Assembly: GCF_000175255.2 (NCBI RefSeq)
Contig: NC_017262.1
Span: forward strand, 1,290,001-1,322,000
Source of the DNA: Zymomonas mobilis subsp. mobilis ATCC 10988
GTDB lineage: Bacteria; Pseudomonadota; Alphaproteobacteria; Sphingomonadales; Sphingomonadaceae
DNA length: 32,000 bases
Reading direction: 5' to 3'
The notes beneath the pieces were generated by a model. The model was not told the origin of the DNA. It searched no databases and worked only from the letters and a program-made list of their open reading frames with translations. Position numbers and translations under genes: made by a program. Positions within the stretch are counted from its first letter, which is position 1; the number at the start of each line of letters is the position of its first letter. Positions 10,075-20,835 of the stretch are shown piece after piece.

Positions 10075-11016
10075 ATGGTTTCTTATCTCGACTTTGAAAA
10101 GCCCGTAGCTGAGTTACAGACACGCATCGCTGAACTTCGCAAAGCTACTTCGGATGAAATGGATCTTGACCGTGAGATATCTGATCTCGAGGTCAAGGTG
10201 CAAAAACTGCTGCGTGATACATACGCACATCTGACGCCTTGGCAAAAAACACAGGTCGCCCGCCATCCCGAACGGCCTCACTTCCATGATTATATCTCGG
10301 CTTTGTGTGAAGAGTTTATTCCCTTGGCCGGTGATCGCCTTTTTGGTGAAGATGAAGCCATCATTGGGGGGCTTGCCCGTATAGATGGGCAGCGGGTCAT
10401 GATTATTGGCCAAGAAAAAGGCAATGATACCGCCAGCCGTCTTAAACATAATTTCGGCATGGCTCGTCCTGAAGGCTATCGCAAAGCTATCCGCTTAATG
10501 AAGCTAGCGGATCGTTTCGGTTTGCCGGTTATTACTCTGGTAGATACATCGGGGGCATTTCCGGGCATTGATGCCGAAGAACGGGGGCAGGCAGAAGCTA
10601 TTGCCCGTTCAACAGAAACCTGTTTGTCTCTAGGCGTGCCCCTGATCTCCGTTATCGTCGGGGAAGGTGGCTCTGGTGGTGCTATCGCTATCGCTGCGGC
10701 TAATCGTCTTTTGATGTTTGAACATGCGGTTTATTCTGTCATTTCCCCTGAAGGATGCGCTTCTATTCTATGGCGTGATGCAGGGAAGGCCAGTGATGCG
10801 GCAACAGCGATGAAGCTGACGGCCACTGACCTTTATGGTCTTGGTATTGTCGATCGTATTGTTCTCGAACCGGTCGGCGGCGCTCATCGTGACCCCAAAA
10901 CCGCGATTGACGCTCTTAAAATGGCGTTACTTCAAGAATTAGCTTTCTTAAAACCGATGGATCGTGATGCTTTGCGGTCAATGCGGCGTAAAAAATTCTT
11001 GGATATCGGGGGATAA
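10075..11016 (+). CDS. accA: acetyl-CoA carboxylase carboxyltransferase subunit alpha
   Basis: [19 protein letters not shown]...[12 protein letters not shown]...[51 protein letters not shown]. Confidence 0.97.
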   Translation: MVSYLDFEKPVAELQTRIAELRKATSDEMDLDREISDLEVKVQKLLRDTYAHLTPWQKTQVARHPERPHFHDYISALCEEFIPLAGDRLFGEDEAIIGGLARIDGQRVMIIGQEKGNDTASRLKHNFGMARPEGYRKAIRLMKLADRFGLPVITLVDTSGAFPGIDAEERGQAEAIARSTETCLSLGVPLISVIVGEGGSGGAIAIAAANRLLMFEHAVYSVISPEGCASILWRDAGKASDAATAMKLTATDLYGLGIVDRIVLEPVGGAHRDPKTAIDALKMALLQELAFLKPMDRDALRSMRRKKFLDIGG

Positions 11017-11046
11017 TTCGGCTTTCCTCCGAATTTCGAATCTATA

Positions 11047-11093
11047 GCCTGTCCGTAACGGCATTTCTAAAATGAAATCGGACAGGCTTTTTT
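11047..11093 (+). terminator. Rho-independent terminator after accA
   Basis: Perfect 9-bp stem GCCTGTCCG (11047-11055) / CGGACAGGC (11079-11087) followed by TTTTTT. Confidence 0.85.
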
Positions 11094-11237
11094 CTGTCTA
11101 GCCTTTCCGGCCTACGTCGCTAGAATATTCTACAGGCTCTGTTTTTGCGTCCGAGAAAAAACAGCGTGGAATTGGCAAAAGCAATCAATTCTTCATAAAT
11201 AAAATGCACTCTATCTTTTCTTTTTCTATAAAGTGAT

Positions 11238-13712
11238 TTGATTGACCTTTTTTGTTCGTTCAGCGATGAAATATGTATGAAATCTGCCATATTTTCTTAT
11301 TTGGCTGGAATTAAAAATATTCCTGCAACCAGATGGCTTGTGATAGCCTTTTTAATCATTTCCTTTTTTTGTTTTTTTGTTTTTGGATGGGTTATCGGGG
11401 ACTTACGCCTTTTATTTTTATCGTTAGTGACTTATTTCGGGATTACTTTTTTTATTCTGCTTTCTCGAAAAAAAACCTTTATCTCTCCTAATATTCATTC
11501 AACTTCCCAGTTGCCAGATCTGGCCTTACTTCATTCCATTATTGATAGTGATAAAGCCGCCGTCGCTATTAGCGACCGTTCTGGACAAATGCTGGCTTCA
11601 AATGCGGCTTATAATCACGCTTTTCCTTCTTTGCTTTTACCCGATCAATTTGACCTACCACCAGAAACGCGGCAATCGCTTGATAAAGCCTTGCGTCTTG
11701 TTTGGCGTAATGGTGGTGCCAATTTGACATGGCAATCCGCTAATCGGCAGATTTATACGCTCTCAATCCGCAGGGCAGGCATCCATCATAATTATCTTAT
11801 ATGGCGGATTCAGTCGCAACATCCTATTCCTGAAGGCGAGACCCTATCGGCTTTAATCGAAGGCCATTTAGGCCGGCTTTTTGCAGAAGCGGGTATTATA
11901 GCCGTTTTGCTGGACGAAAAAGGCCGGATTGTTATGACTAATCCTGTTTTCAATTTCAGAAGCACCGGTCAGATCGACAGCGATATAAAAGGCGCTGACT
12001 TTTTATCTTTTTTTCAGGTTAATCGTCATGGACAGTTTTTCTTTAAAAATGCAGGCGAAAAAGAGCATCCTGTTCATTTTGTTAAAATAGATATCGCCTC
12101 GAACACCTCCAAGAGGCATCTCAAAGGTCAGCATTATGCCGAATTTAATCTGATCTTATTACTGGACGAGGTTCAAAATAGCGATCAAACAGGACAAGAT
12201 TATCTCGATATTATCGGACGATTACTCCCTGTCTTACCTTATAATTTAGCTATTATCGGGGCAGATGGCCAAGTCCTATTGATGAATCCGCCGATGTCCC
12301 GCATTACAGGAATGTCGCTCCGACAATTCGTCATGTATCCAAGCGATTGGGTCGTGCAAGAGGATAAAGCCGCTGTTGCCGATGCGGTTCGGCGTTATTC
12401 TTCGGGGCGCGCTCTTTCCGGTGAGATCTCTGTCAGATTGATCGCCAAGCCAGAAGAAACGGTTATTCTGACGCTAACTGGTATCCGTCATCTGGGTGAA
12501 TCTGCCTTGATGATAAGTTTGCAGGAATCCGCCAGCGAAAATGAAATCAAGCAACAAATGGCACAAACCACCCGAATGCAGGCTATCGGACAGTTGGCAG
12601 GTGGTGTGGCGCATGATTTCAATAATATTTTGACAGCTATCATCGGTTATTGTGATGTGATGCGTATGCGTCATGTCCCGGGCGACAGTGACTATGATGA
12701 TATTCAACAGATCAGACATAACAGTAATCGGGCAGCTGCTTTAACCCGACAATTACTGGCTTTTTCCCGTCAGCAGACAATGCGACCTCAAATATTGCAA
12801 CTCCCTGATGTTATTTCAGAGATTTCCAATCTTTTGAAGCGGCTATTGGGTGAAAAAATCTTGCTGACAGTCAAGCATGGTCGCAATTTGGGTTTAGTCA
12901 GAGCCGATCCCGGACAATTAGAACAGGTTATTGTTAATCTCGCGGTAAATGCTCGTGATGCCATGCTGGATAGTCGCGAAGAACGGCATCTCACTATTCA
13001 AACATACCGCGTATTAGCTGAAGAATCTTCTAGGAAAAGGCATCATGCCATTCCTCCTGCGGATTATACCGCCTTGGCCATATCGGATACGGGAAGCGGT
13101 ATTCCTCCCGAAATTTTGAACAAAATATTCGAGCCTTTTTTCACAACGAAAGAGGTCGGCAAGGGAACCGGATTAGGTCTGGCAACTGTTTATGGCATTG
13201 TAAGGCAATCCGGCGGCTTTATCTTTGCCGATTCCGAATTAGGCGTTGGTACCTGTTTTACGATTTATCTCCCTATTTACGAAGGCGAATTACCTCAAAA
13301 AGAAATTTCGCCACAAGATACTCCAACCCCCTCTATGGTCTGGGGAAGCGGTAAAATATTGTTAGTCGAAGATGAAGAAACTGTCCGTAACGTTGCCAGT
13401 TTTGGATTAGTGCGGCAGGGCTATGAAGTCTTAACGGCAGAAAATGGCGAAGAAGCGCTGTCTATCCTAAGAAAAAATCCTGAAATTGACCTCCTGATTT
13501 CTGATGTCGTCATGCCGGGTATGGATGGGCCTCGTTTGGGCAGCGAAGCCCGCAAAATCAAATCGGATTTACCTGTTCTGTTTATTTCGGGATATGCAGA
13601 AGAACAGTTAAGACGCTCGATCAGCCTTGAGCATGTCGCCTTTTTACCCAAACCGTTTTCTATTCAGGATTTAGCCGTTGCTGTCAGTAAAGTTCTCAAG
13701 AAGGCAGGATAA
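11238..13712 (+). CDS. cckA: hybrid sensor histidine kinase with receiver domain, CckA-like
   Basis: Two N-terminal TM segments, PAS regions, H-box [26 protein letters not shown]-box [11 protein letters not shown]-boxes DTGSGIPP / [16 protein letters not shown]-terminal REC domain ([11 protein letters not shown]...[15 protein letters not shown]). The true start may be the ATG at about 11277. Confidence 0.87.
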   Translation: MIDLFCSFSDEICMKSAIFSYLAGIKNIPATRWLVIAFLIISFFCFFVFGWVIGDLRLLFLSLVTYFGITFFILLSRKKTFISPNIHSTSQLPDLALLHSIIDSDKAAVAISDRSGQMLASNAAYNHAFPSLLLPDQFDLPPETRQSLDKALRLVWRNGGANLTWQSANRQIYTLSIRRAGIHHNYLIWRIQSQHPIPEGETLSALIEGHLGRLFAEAGIIAVLLDEKGRIVMTNPVFNFRSTGQIDSDIKGADFLSFFQVNRHGQFFFKNAGEKEHPVHFVKIDIASNTSKRHLKGQHYAEFNLILLLDEVQNSDQTGQDYLDIIGRLLPVLPYNLAIIGADGQVLLMNPPMSRITGMSLRQFVMYPSDWVVQEDKAAVADAVRRYSSGRALSGEISVRLIAKPEETVILTLTGIRHLGESALMISLQESASENEIKQQMAQTTRMQAIGQLAGGVAHDFNNILTAIIGYCDVMRMRHVPGDSDYDDIQQIRHNSNRAAALTRQLLAFSRQQTMRPQILQLPDVISEISNLLKRLLGEKILLTVKHGRNLGLVRADPGQLEQVIVNLAVNARDAMLDSREERHLTIQTYRVLAEESSRKRHHAIPPADYTALAISDTGSGIPPEILNKIFEPFFTTKEVGKGTGLGLATVYGIVRQSGGFIFADSELGVGTCFTIYLPIYEGELPQKEISPQDTPTPSMVWGSGKILLVEDEETVRNVASFGLVRQGYEVLTAENGEEALSILRKNPEIDLLISDVVMPGMDGPRLGSEARKIKSDLPVLFISGYAEEQLRRSISLEHVAFLPKPFSIQDLAVAVSKVLKKAG

Positions 13713-13867
13713 TCTTTTCTAAGAATAATTTGTTTGAAGAGAGTCCTTCTTTCTTCTGACTTTTCCGATGACAGCTATAAAATGCCGAGGTTCCATTGAA
13801 AAAGGATATAAATTAAAATTTGAAAGGGTCATTTCAAATAAAGTTTTTGCGCGGCAGGTAGGATGTG

Positions 13868-14649
13868 TGGAGATCTAACAGATGCGGAATGGAAGATGAT
13901 AGAAAGGCCTTCTTCCTAGCGACGGCGGACGCTGAGCACAGCCGACAAAAAATAATCGGTTATTTTTCAATGCTATGCTTTATGCCCTTCGAACAGGTTA
14001 TTCATGGTAAGATATGCATGAACGCTATAGGAAATAAATTCGGTCTATGTTCGGTTCAAGAGATGGACAGAATAAAGTATCTGGGATGCTCGTTTGGACA
14101 GTTTGGCTGACCTTGGCCTGACGAATGTGACGGGCAAATATTGATAGAGAGCACGGTCATTCGCGCTCACAATCAAGCAGCTGGCGCAAAAGGGGATACA
14201 TAAGAAAAATTTCGGTCGAAGGGGCGGTAGTTTGACGAGCAAGACCTATGCCTGTTTCGATTTAAAGATTAAGGACGCCCTGTCGCTTTCGAACTGACAG
14301 GCAGTGAAGTCTCCGATTATTCTGGAGCCAATAAGCTTGATAGCTATTCCTGTCGCAACGCCCCAGCCTTTTCTCGCCACTAGGCTATGATAGCGACAGA
14401 TTGCAGGAAAAACTGCTTTTTGAGGCATCCTTCCTGTTATCTCACCGCTGTTCCAATCGAAAAAAGCATATTCCTTGCGATCTTCAATCTTACAAAGATC
14501 GTGATCGTATCGAGCGAATATTCAATAAGTTAAGGCCGTTCAGACGTATCGCCACATGCTATAACAAAGCCAGACAAGCCTTCATCACCTTCCTATATAT
14601 ATTATATACCGCGGCTGAAAAATTGCGGTCTATTTTTGTTAACAGAACC
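13868..14649 (+). pseudogene. heavily decayed IS5-family transposase remnant (element possibly about 13789-14649)
   Basis: Reading across three frames gives consecutive pieces of an IS5-family transposase: GDLTDAEWKMIERPSS; NAMLYALRTGYSW*DMHERYRK*; DGQILIESTVIRAHNQAAGAKGDT; GGSLTSKTYACFD; RFELTGSEVSDYSGANKL; SHRCSNRKKHIPCDLQSYKDRDRIERIFNKLRPFRRIATCYNKARQAFITFLYI. The right end AACAGAACC|TA mirrors the GGTTCTGTT end of the other element in this window. Confidence 0.88.
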
Positions 14650-14704
14650 TAATGTCGCCCAATATTTTTTACGGAAAAACAAACTTCAAATAACGCCCCA
14701 AAGG

Positions 14705-14733
14705 GGGATGAGCCTTTAAAAGGCTTACATCCC
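14705..14733. other. inverted repeat downstream of motB
   Basis: GGGATG-AGCCTTT-a-AAAGGCT-ta-CATCCC: 13 bp of pairing with a 2-nt bulge. Located between the motB stop and the IS remnant; no clear U-tract in the motB direction. Confidence 0.55.
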
Positions 14734-14773
14734 TCTCAATGAGAATACTTTCTTCAAAACCGAACATCAGACC

Positions 14774-15754
14774 TTATTTCGAGACTTTTTTATCCGAAGG
14801 CGTGTTTATTTTGACAACTGCTTTATGTTCTTCCGGTGTCGGGTCGGAATGACCAGAAGTCGGTGAAACCGGATGACTCCGGGCATCATCGCTATTAAGC
14901 CAGCTAAGCGTAATAGACATACGACGGTTTCGTGGATCCATCCGATTTTCGGGGACATAAGGTTCGCGATCAGCAACCCCTTCAATCCGGTCGAAACGGT
15001 TTATATCAACTCCACCGGCAATAAGACCACGACGGGTTGCATCCGCACGAGCAGCTGACAAGGTCCAGTTATTGACATTTTGACCCGAAGCATAGGGCAG
15101 GGCGTCGGTATGTCCCCGAACAATAATCATATTCGGAACATCTTTGATAACCCGCGCAACCTCGGCAATAAGTTTCTGTGCTGCAGGGACCATATTCTCT
15201 GTGCCAAGGGTAAACATGGCAAAATCAGATTGGTCAACAAGGTCGATGCGCAAGCCTTCGCGCGTCTCAACCAGACGAACGCTTTGCTGTAATCGGGCAA
15301 GACTTGGGTCTTTTTTCATATGCTCTTCAAGCATTTCGCGCAGCTTTTCGAAACGCTGCCGATCATTCTGTTTAATGATCTCTTTCGCTTGAGCAATAAC
15401 GTCAGGATTTTTCGCAACCAACTTTTGCCCATTAGGGGCTAGTTTCGAATGGGTTGGCATATCTTGAGGTGCCGTGATGGAATCCCCCTTCAAGAATCCC
15501 ATACCTCCATCTGATCCCGCTGCGCTTTCTGGTGTCAGAGATGGATTAAAATAGTCGGCAATACCTTTACGCTCTTTTTCGTTGGTAGCACCCAAAAGCC
15601 ATAACAACAGAAAGAAGGCCATCATGGCCGTCACAAAGTCGGCATAAGCGACTTTCCACGCGCCGCCATGGTGACCACCATGCCCTTCGTCAATAATCTT
15701 TTTGACGATAATGGGGCGTATTTCTGGCTCGTTTTTGTTGCTTTTTCTTGCCAC
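14774..15754 (-). CDS. motB: flagellar motor stator protein MotB
   Basis: GGAWKVAYADFVTAMMAFFLLLWLLGA plug/TM with essential Asp, and OmpA-like peptidoglycan-binding domain (IIVRGHTDALPY...NWTLSAARADATRRGLI...NRRMSITL). Confidence 0.94.
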   Translation of the reverse strand: MARKSNKNEPEIRPIIVKKIIDEGHGGHHGGAWKVAYADFVTAMMAFFLLLWLLGATNEKERKGIADYFNPSLTPESAAGSDGGMGFLKGDSITAPQDMPTHSKLAPNGQKLVAKNPDVIAQAKEIIKQNDRQRFEKLREMLEEHMKKDPSLARLQQSVRLVETREGLRIDLVDQSDFAMFTLGTENMVPAAQKLIAEVARVIKDVPNMIIVRGHTDALPYASGQNVNNWTLSAARADATRRGLIAGGVDINRFDRIEGVADREPYVPENRMDPRNRRMSITLSWLNSDDARSHPVSPTSGHSDPTPEEHKAVVKINTPSDKKVSK

Positions 15755-15805
15755 CGTCTTTTGCCTTCGGATTTAATGCCTTGTTATCAACTCGGAATTC
15801 AAGGC

Positions 15806-16669
15806 TTAACGCCCACGCATTCCATCAAATATTTCGGCAAATTCTGGTTTATTCTCTTCTGGAATATCCGAGCGTGCCGCTTCAATAACCAGAGGAAGAG
15901 GATGCCCTTGCATGGATGAAATAATCATCTGCTTAATGACCTGATAAATATGGGCATCTGAATCAATCACGGCGCGGCAACGGTTAGCCATAGGGGCAAC
16001 AATACCGTAAGCGAGCAACACACCAAGGAAGGTTCCGACCAAGGCTGAACCAATCATCGCACCCAGAATAGGCGGTGGCTGGTCAATGGAGCCCATGGTT
16101 TTAACCACACCCAAAACAGCGGCAACAATACCGAAAGCCGGCAAAGCCTCTGAAAGATTTTGAAGAATATCAGCCGGTAGAGAGGTCTCGCTATGATGGG
16201 TCTTGATCGTATTATCAATGACATCTTCAACAGCATTCGGATCAAGCGTTCCTGAAGAAACCACAACCAGCCTTAGCGTATCCGTGATAAGGCTAACCAA
16301 GGTTTTATCCGTCAATAATTTCGGATATTCTGCAAAAAAAGCACTGGATTCAGGGTTTTCGACATGGCTTTCTAATGCCACTGGACCTTCAGTCCGAAGG
16401 GTGCGCATCAGCTTTCCGACAAGGAAAATCGTATTTTGATAATCTTCCTTGTTGAATTTGGGACCTTTAAAAACAGATTTGAACCCGCCTAGCAAAAGTT
16501 TCAATTCAAGCATCGAGTTACCGGCAACGACACTACCCACCGAGGCGCCACCAATAACAATCAATTCATGCGGAATAGCTTCCAACACTGGCCCCAGATG
16601 GCCACCCGTAATAGCAAAGCCACCGAATACCATGACCAGCAAGATGGTAAAGCCGATTGCCGCAAACAT
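15806..16669 (-). CDS. motA: flagellar motor stator protein MotA
   Basis: MFAAIGFTILLVMVFGGFAITGGHLGPVLEAIPHELIVIGGASVGSVVAGN...FGIVAAVLGVVKTMG...GSALVGTFLGVLLAYGIVAPMA. Confidence 0.95.
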   Translation of the reverse strand: MFAAIGFTILLVMVFGGFAITGGHLGPVLEAIPHELIVIGGASVGSVVAGNSMLELKLLLGGFKSVFKGPKFNKEDYQNTIFLVGKLMRTLRTEGPVALESHVENPESSAFFAEYPKLLTDKTLVSLITDTLRLVVVSSGTLDPNAVEDVIDNTIKTHHSETSLPADILQNLSEALPAFGIVAAVLGVVKTMGSIDQPPPILGAMIGSALVGTFLGVLLAYGIVAPMANRCRAVIDSDAHIYQVIKQMIISSMQGHPLPLVIEAARSDIPEENKPEFAEIFDGMRGR

Positions 16670-16871
16670 GAAAAACCTTTCCCTCGGGTTATGTCTATTC
16701 CCGATTTATAATTATCAAATATTTAAGCTGCCTTTTCACAAAGACAGGGCGGCAAGTAAATACAGCCTATTCAGAATATTTTAAGGTTAGAGATATTAAA
16801 ATATTCTTAGCATAAGGCTGTATTTTTAAACCGATATTTTTGTCAATTATTTGAAGCTATCTAATCAGCTA

Positions 16872-17729
16872 TTATCCAAGTTTATCGAAAAGAGACGATT
16901 TGGCTACGACTGAAAAGACATCTTGCTGTGCTTCTAATTGGGTCTGACTTGCCACAATCTCAGGTAAAACTTCCTTGTAATCAACTTCTTCATAAGATGA
17001 TTTTGTCGTTTTCATTGTGAGCGCTTGGTTGGCAAGGCGGTTATCCTGATCGCTAATCTGGGTAGCCAGAACACTCTGCTGACCCTGTGCATCAGACATA
17101 TGAGAGATTGCATCCTGTATCTGATTAAGCGCATCACCCATTGCACTTGAATCATTATTTTTGATCGCAGTTTGCGTATTCTGTAACAGAGTCGAAAGAT
17201 CAACGGTTGAACCTGCGCTACTGCCAGAGCTAGCAGTAAAGTTAAAAACCTGAGATTGCGTAAGGGTTGCCGCAACCGAACGGCTGTCACCAATCGGATA
17301 GGTAATCAACTGACTACTATTGGCAGGAAATAGCGAATTACCATTGGTATCAGTTGTCGTTTTGTAGCTGTCTATCTGGTCTGTCGCGGTGCTAATTTCT
17401 TTAGCTAAAATGTCACGAGTAGAAGATGAACTGGTGCCATTCATTGCCTGCTGCAACTTGTTCTGGATGGAACTAAGCTGCGTTGAGATATCGGATAAAG
17501 CCGCATTGGACTGATCAGAAACGGCAGTCGCTGTTGAGACATTTTTCTGATAAGCGGTATTCCCGCTCAAGCTGCGCCGTAAGGTGTCAATCTGTTGAGA
17601 AGCAACCGGATCATCAGAGGGCTGCTGTATCTTTTTTTTTGTATTAACTTGATTCTGATAGCTGGCGATCGCGCTATCAGTAGATAGCATGCTACTGATA
17701 GAAGAATTAATACCAAACATGGTTGTCAT
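16872..17729 (-). CDS. flgL: flagellar hook-associated protein 3 (FlgL)
   Basis: Flagellin-like N-terminus SYQNQVNTKKKIQQPSDDPVASQQIDTLRRSLSG with a C-terminal coiled region; immediately downstream of flgK. Confidence 0.88.
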   Translation of the reverse strand: MTTMFGINSSISSMLSTDSAIASYQNQVNTKKKIQQPSDDPVASQQIDTLRRSLSGNTAYQKNVSTATAVSDQSNAALSDISTQLSSIQNKLQQAMNGTSSSSTRDILAKEISTATDQIDSYKTTTDTNGNSLFPANSSQLITYPIGDSRSVAATLTQSQVFNFTASSGSSAGSTVDLSTLLQNTQTAIKNNDSSAMGDALNQIQDAISHMSDAQGQQSVLATQISDQDNRLANQALTMKTTKSSYEEVDYKEVLPEIVASQTQLEAQQDVFSVVAKSSLFDKLG

Positions 17730-17743
17730 TAGTCTAACCCTTC

Positions 17744-19120
17744 CTAGAACAGTTCAAGAATAGCTTGCATGGTAGTCTGCGCCGTCTGCAATATTTTTGC
17801 AGAAGCATTATAAGCCTGTTGGTAACGCAGAAGTTGAGCCGCTTCGGTGCTTAAATCGACACCTGACAAGCTATCGCGCGTTTTCGCAGCAGTATTATAT
17901 AAATTCTTTGTATTGGTGGCGTTTGTTGCAGCCGAAGATGTTGCCTGAGCATTATTGCTTACAAGGGTTGCATAATTGGCTTCGATACCGTTGCTGCCCC
18001 TTAAAGCACTGGAAACATTCTGAAGGTTTCCATTCGGGCTAGAGCTGTTTGCGCTCGCAATCTTGCTACCATCAGACGTTGTTGTCGCAATCGTGGTGGC
18101 ATCACCATCTGTAATGGTCAGCAGATCACCGCCTGCTGCACCGGAAGGTGTTGTGCCTTGGCTATTCCACGCATTGACCTGCGTTACAAAATCGCTTGCC
18201 GCGCTATTAAGGCTACTACGTTCATCAGCGACTGTAGATGCAACTGTTACCAAGCCGCTAAGAGAACCGCCTGCGCTATTGCTCATATCGCGGTTATTAT
18301 TGCTATTAAGAGCGTCTTTCACCCCAATAGTCAATTTACCAGACGAATCCATAGAAGCCGTAAACGATCCAGCCATCTGACCTGCTGCCGTGCTCGACAA
18401 CAGGGTTTGACCATTACTGGTGCCGCTTAAAGTAATTTTGACGGTACCGTTGGAGGCAATATCTGCGTTAATACCGATTTTAGAGGATAAATCGTCTAAT
18501 AACTGGTCACGCTGATCAGCAAGGCCTGCAGCTGAATCGGTACCACTCGGGGTGCGGATGATTGCTGCGTTGACCTTTGCCAAGGTTTTAAGATCTGAGT
18601 TGATAACGGATACGCTACCATCAGCCTCATCTTTAATCCCGTCAGAGACATTTTTTAGATTCGAAGCAGAATAGCTTATCGCTTTAGCTGAATCGTTAAG
18701 CGCACTTATCGATGCGGCCTGCTGCGTTGCATTGGTCGGATTCGATGCCAGAGTAGTCAGACTAGTGAAAAAGGATGTCAGCTCGCTGTCTGTCCCAGTA
18801 TCTCCACTATTCAAAGCCGTTTCAGCAGAAGACATCCAACGCGAAACGGCACTGGCTTCGCCCGCATCGCTAGCCGTGTTTCTGACATGGGTTGCTGCAA
18901 AACCATCCCATGCCCGTGTAACAGACTGGGTTGTAACCCCATTACCACTGACCTGATTAAGGCCAAGGATTCCACTACCACCATTAGGGGCTTCAATCAG
19001 AGAAACATCGCGTCTTGCGTAACCAGTGGTGCTTGCATTGGAAACGTTTTCGCCGATAACGTCTATTGCCTTACCGTAGTTAAGGACGCCAGAAGCTCCA
19101 ATTTGAAGAATATCGCTCAT
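17744..19120 (-). CDS. flgK: flagellar hook-associated protein 1 (FlgK)
   Basis: GVLNYGKAIDVIGENVSNASTTGYARRDVSLIEA... and C-terminal VDLSTEAAQLLRYQQAYNASAKILQTAQTTMQAIL. Confidence 0.93.
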   Translation of the reverse strand: MSDILQIGASGVLNYGKAIDVIGENVSNASTTGYARRDVSLIEAPNGGSGILGLNQVSGNGVTTQSVTRAWDGFAATHVRNTASDAGEASAVSRWMSSAETALNSGDTGTDSELTSFFTSLTTLASNPTNATQQAASISALNDSAKAISYSASNLKNVSDGIKDEADGSVSVINSDLKTLAKVNAAIIRTPSGTDSAAGLADQRDQLLDDLSSKIGINADIASNGTVKITLSGTSNGQTLLSSTAAGQMAGSFTASMDSSGKLTIGVKDALNSNNNRDMSNSAGGSLSGLVTVASTVADERSSLNSAASDFVTQVNAWNSQGTTPSGAAGGDLLTITDGDATTIATTTSDGSKIASANSSSPNGNLQNVSSALRGSNGIEANYATLVSNNAQATSSAATNATNTKNLYNTAAKTRDSLSGVDLSTEAAQLLRYQQAYNASAKILQTAQTTMQAILELF

Positions 19121-19280
19121 ATCGTTTCACTTATCCTGTCACCACGCCGCGCAAGGTATGGGATACCAACCGCATTAGTTCTTTTGTTATTCTACGGCTT
19201 AATGGCCAAATTTTTTAGAAAAATTATGTCAATTATTACTAAATAAAGAACTACGGCAGTAATAATCACACTGACCAAAG

Positions 19281-19673
19281 TTAGCTATTGGTTGCGGCCG
19301 TTCCATCCGTAGCAACCTGCCCACCCATTTGCTGGATTAACATAGCCGCAATGCCATGCTTCCCTGAATGAGCAGCAAGATTTTCTGCAAGTTTAGCATC
19401 CTGCATATCTCGGAATTGATCGCCAGCATCATTGCCAAAAGGATCGTCATCAGAGAGAGAGGCTTTCCGCATTCCAGAAAGCATTTGCCGATTAAAAATA
19501 GCTTCGAATTTTTGGGCGACCGCTGCCACGCCGGTTTTACCCTTTGCGGCAGCCGCTTCTCCATATGCCTTGGTTGCAGAAGCCGATGCCCCATTCGAAG
19601 CCATCGTATTTTGACTGACTGCCAAGCTGGCAGCCAAATCTTGGGCGTTCGTAATTTTTGAAATACTGCTCAT
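19281..19673 (-). CDS. flgJ: FlgJ-type rod-binding protein without a muramidase domain
   Basis: GVAAVAQKFEAIFNRQMLSGMRKASLSDDDPFGNDAGDQFRDMQDAKLAENLAAHSGKHGIAAMLIQQM; 130 aa; ATGA overlap with flgI. Confidence 0.85.
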   Translation of the reverse strand: MSSISKITNAQDLAASLAVSQNTMASNGASASATKAYGEAAAAKGKTGVAAVAQKFEAIFNRQMLSGMRKASLSDDDPFGNDAGDQFRDMQDAKLAENLAAHSGKHGIAAMLIQQMGGQVATDGTAATNS

Positions 19674-20821
19674 AAGATTATCAAATCCGCATTCATAGCC
19701 CCGGCCTGTTTCAAGCCTTCCAAAATGGCGGCCAAATCGCCCGGGGTTGCACCAATGGCATTAACCGCTTTCACGATATCTGTCAGATTGGCACCGTTTT
19801 GAAGATGGAACATCGGAGAACGCGTCTGTTCCGCTGTAATTGTACTATTAGGTGTGACAGCTGTTTGCCCTTGTCCAAAAGCATTAGGCTGGGACACACC
19901 ATAATTCTCATCCACTCGAACCGTTAAACGACCATGGGTGATAGCGGCAGGCGATATGCGAACAGCGCCATTGATCACGATCGTACCGGTTCTGGCATTG
20001 ATCGTCACCCGAGCGCGAGCATCAGCACGATCGACCGGCAGGTTTTCAATCTCACCCATTAAAGCGGTGCGAATTTCTGCCCCTTCAGGTGCCGTGATGG
20101 CTACCGAAACGCCGTCCAAGACATGCGCCCGTCCAGGGCCCAATGCATTGTTGATAGCTGTCGCGACCCGTTGCACATTGGTCAGGTCAGCTTCGCTCAA
20201 GTTAAACTGTAAATACGGCGCAGAAGCGAAACCGGGATCAACCGCTCGTTCAACCGTAGCCCCCGAAGGAATACGCCCAGCGGTTGGAATATTAACCGTT
20301 AGATTGGAACCATCGCGGCCACTAATACCAAGACCACCGACTTCGAGATTGCCTTGTGCCATGGCATAGATTTGACCATCAGCACCATAAAGAGGCGTAA
20401 TCATCAACGCGCCACCGCGAATAGAGCGCGCACGCCCCAAAGCAGAAACGGTGATATCGATAGTTTGTCCGGGTTTCGCAAAAGGTGGCAAATCTGCGGT
20501 AATAATAACCGCTGCCGCATCCTGCAAAGTCGGGCTGACATTGCTCGGCATGCTAAGACCAAAACGAGCGGACAAAGCCGTCATTGCCGCAATGGTATAT
20601 TGCAAACTGGAGTCACCCGTTCCGGCCAAACCCGTAACAATACCATAGCCGGTCAATTGGTTGGTTCGCATCCCTTGGAAGTAACCAAGATCCTTGATCC
20701 GGTCTGCTTTTGCCGCCCCCATAAAGGGCGAAATCAGTGCCAAAAAAGCGAGAAACAGCCCCAAAATACTTTTTTGGAACAGTCTGCCTATCAGGCTTCT
20801 TTCAGATGAAAAAATATCCAT
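19670..20821 (-). CDS. flgI: flagellar P-ring protein FlgI
   Basis: DRIKDLGYFQGMRTNQLTGYGIVTGLAGTGDSS...NVSPTLQDAAAVIITADLPPFAKPGQTIDITVSALG...GTIVINGAVRISPAAI. Start taken at MDIFSS (20821). Confidence 0.96.
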   Translation of the reverse strand: MDIFSSERSLIGRLFQKSILGLFLAFLALISPFMGAAKADRIKDLGYFQGMRTNQLTGYGIVTGLAGTGDSSLQYTIAAMTALSARFGLSMPSNVSPTLQDAAAVIITADLPPFAKPGQTIDITVSALGRARSIRGGALMITPLYGADGQIYAMAQGNLEVGGLGISGRDGSNLTVNIPTAGRIPSGATVERAVDPGFASAPYLQFNLSEADLTNVQRVATAINNALGPGRAHVLDGVSVAITAPEGAEIRTALMGEIENLPVDRADARARVTINARTGTIVINGAVRISPAAITHGRLTVRVDENYGVSQPNAFGQGQTAVTPNSTITAEQTRSPMFHLQNGANLTDIVKAVNAIGATPGDLAAILEGLKQAGAMNADLIIL

Positions 20822-20835
20822 AGACTTTCTGCCCA

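Noticed and set aside
13865-14110. 81-aa ORF that could be called a novel small gene
   Set aside because: Its neighbouring frames carry an ordered IS5-type transposase; this ORF is one frame of that relic.
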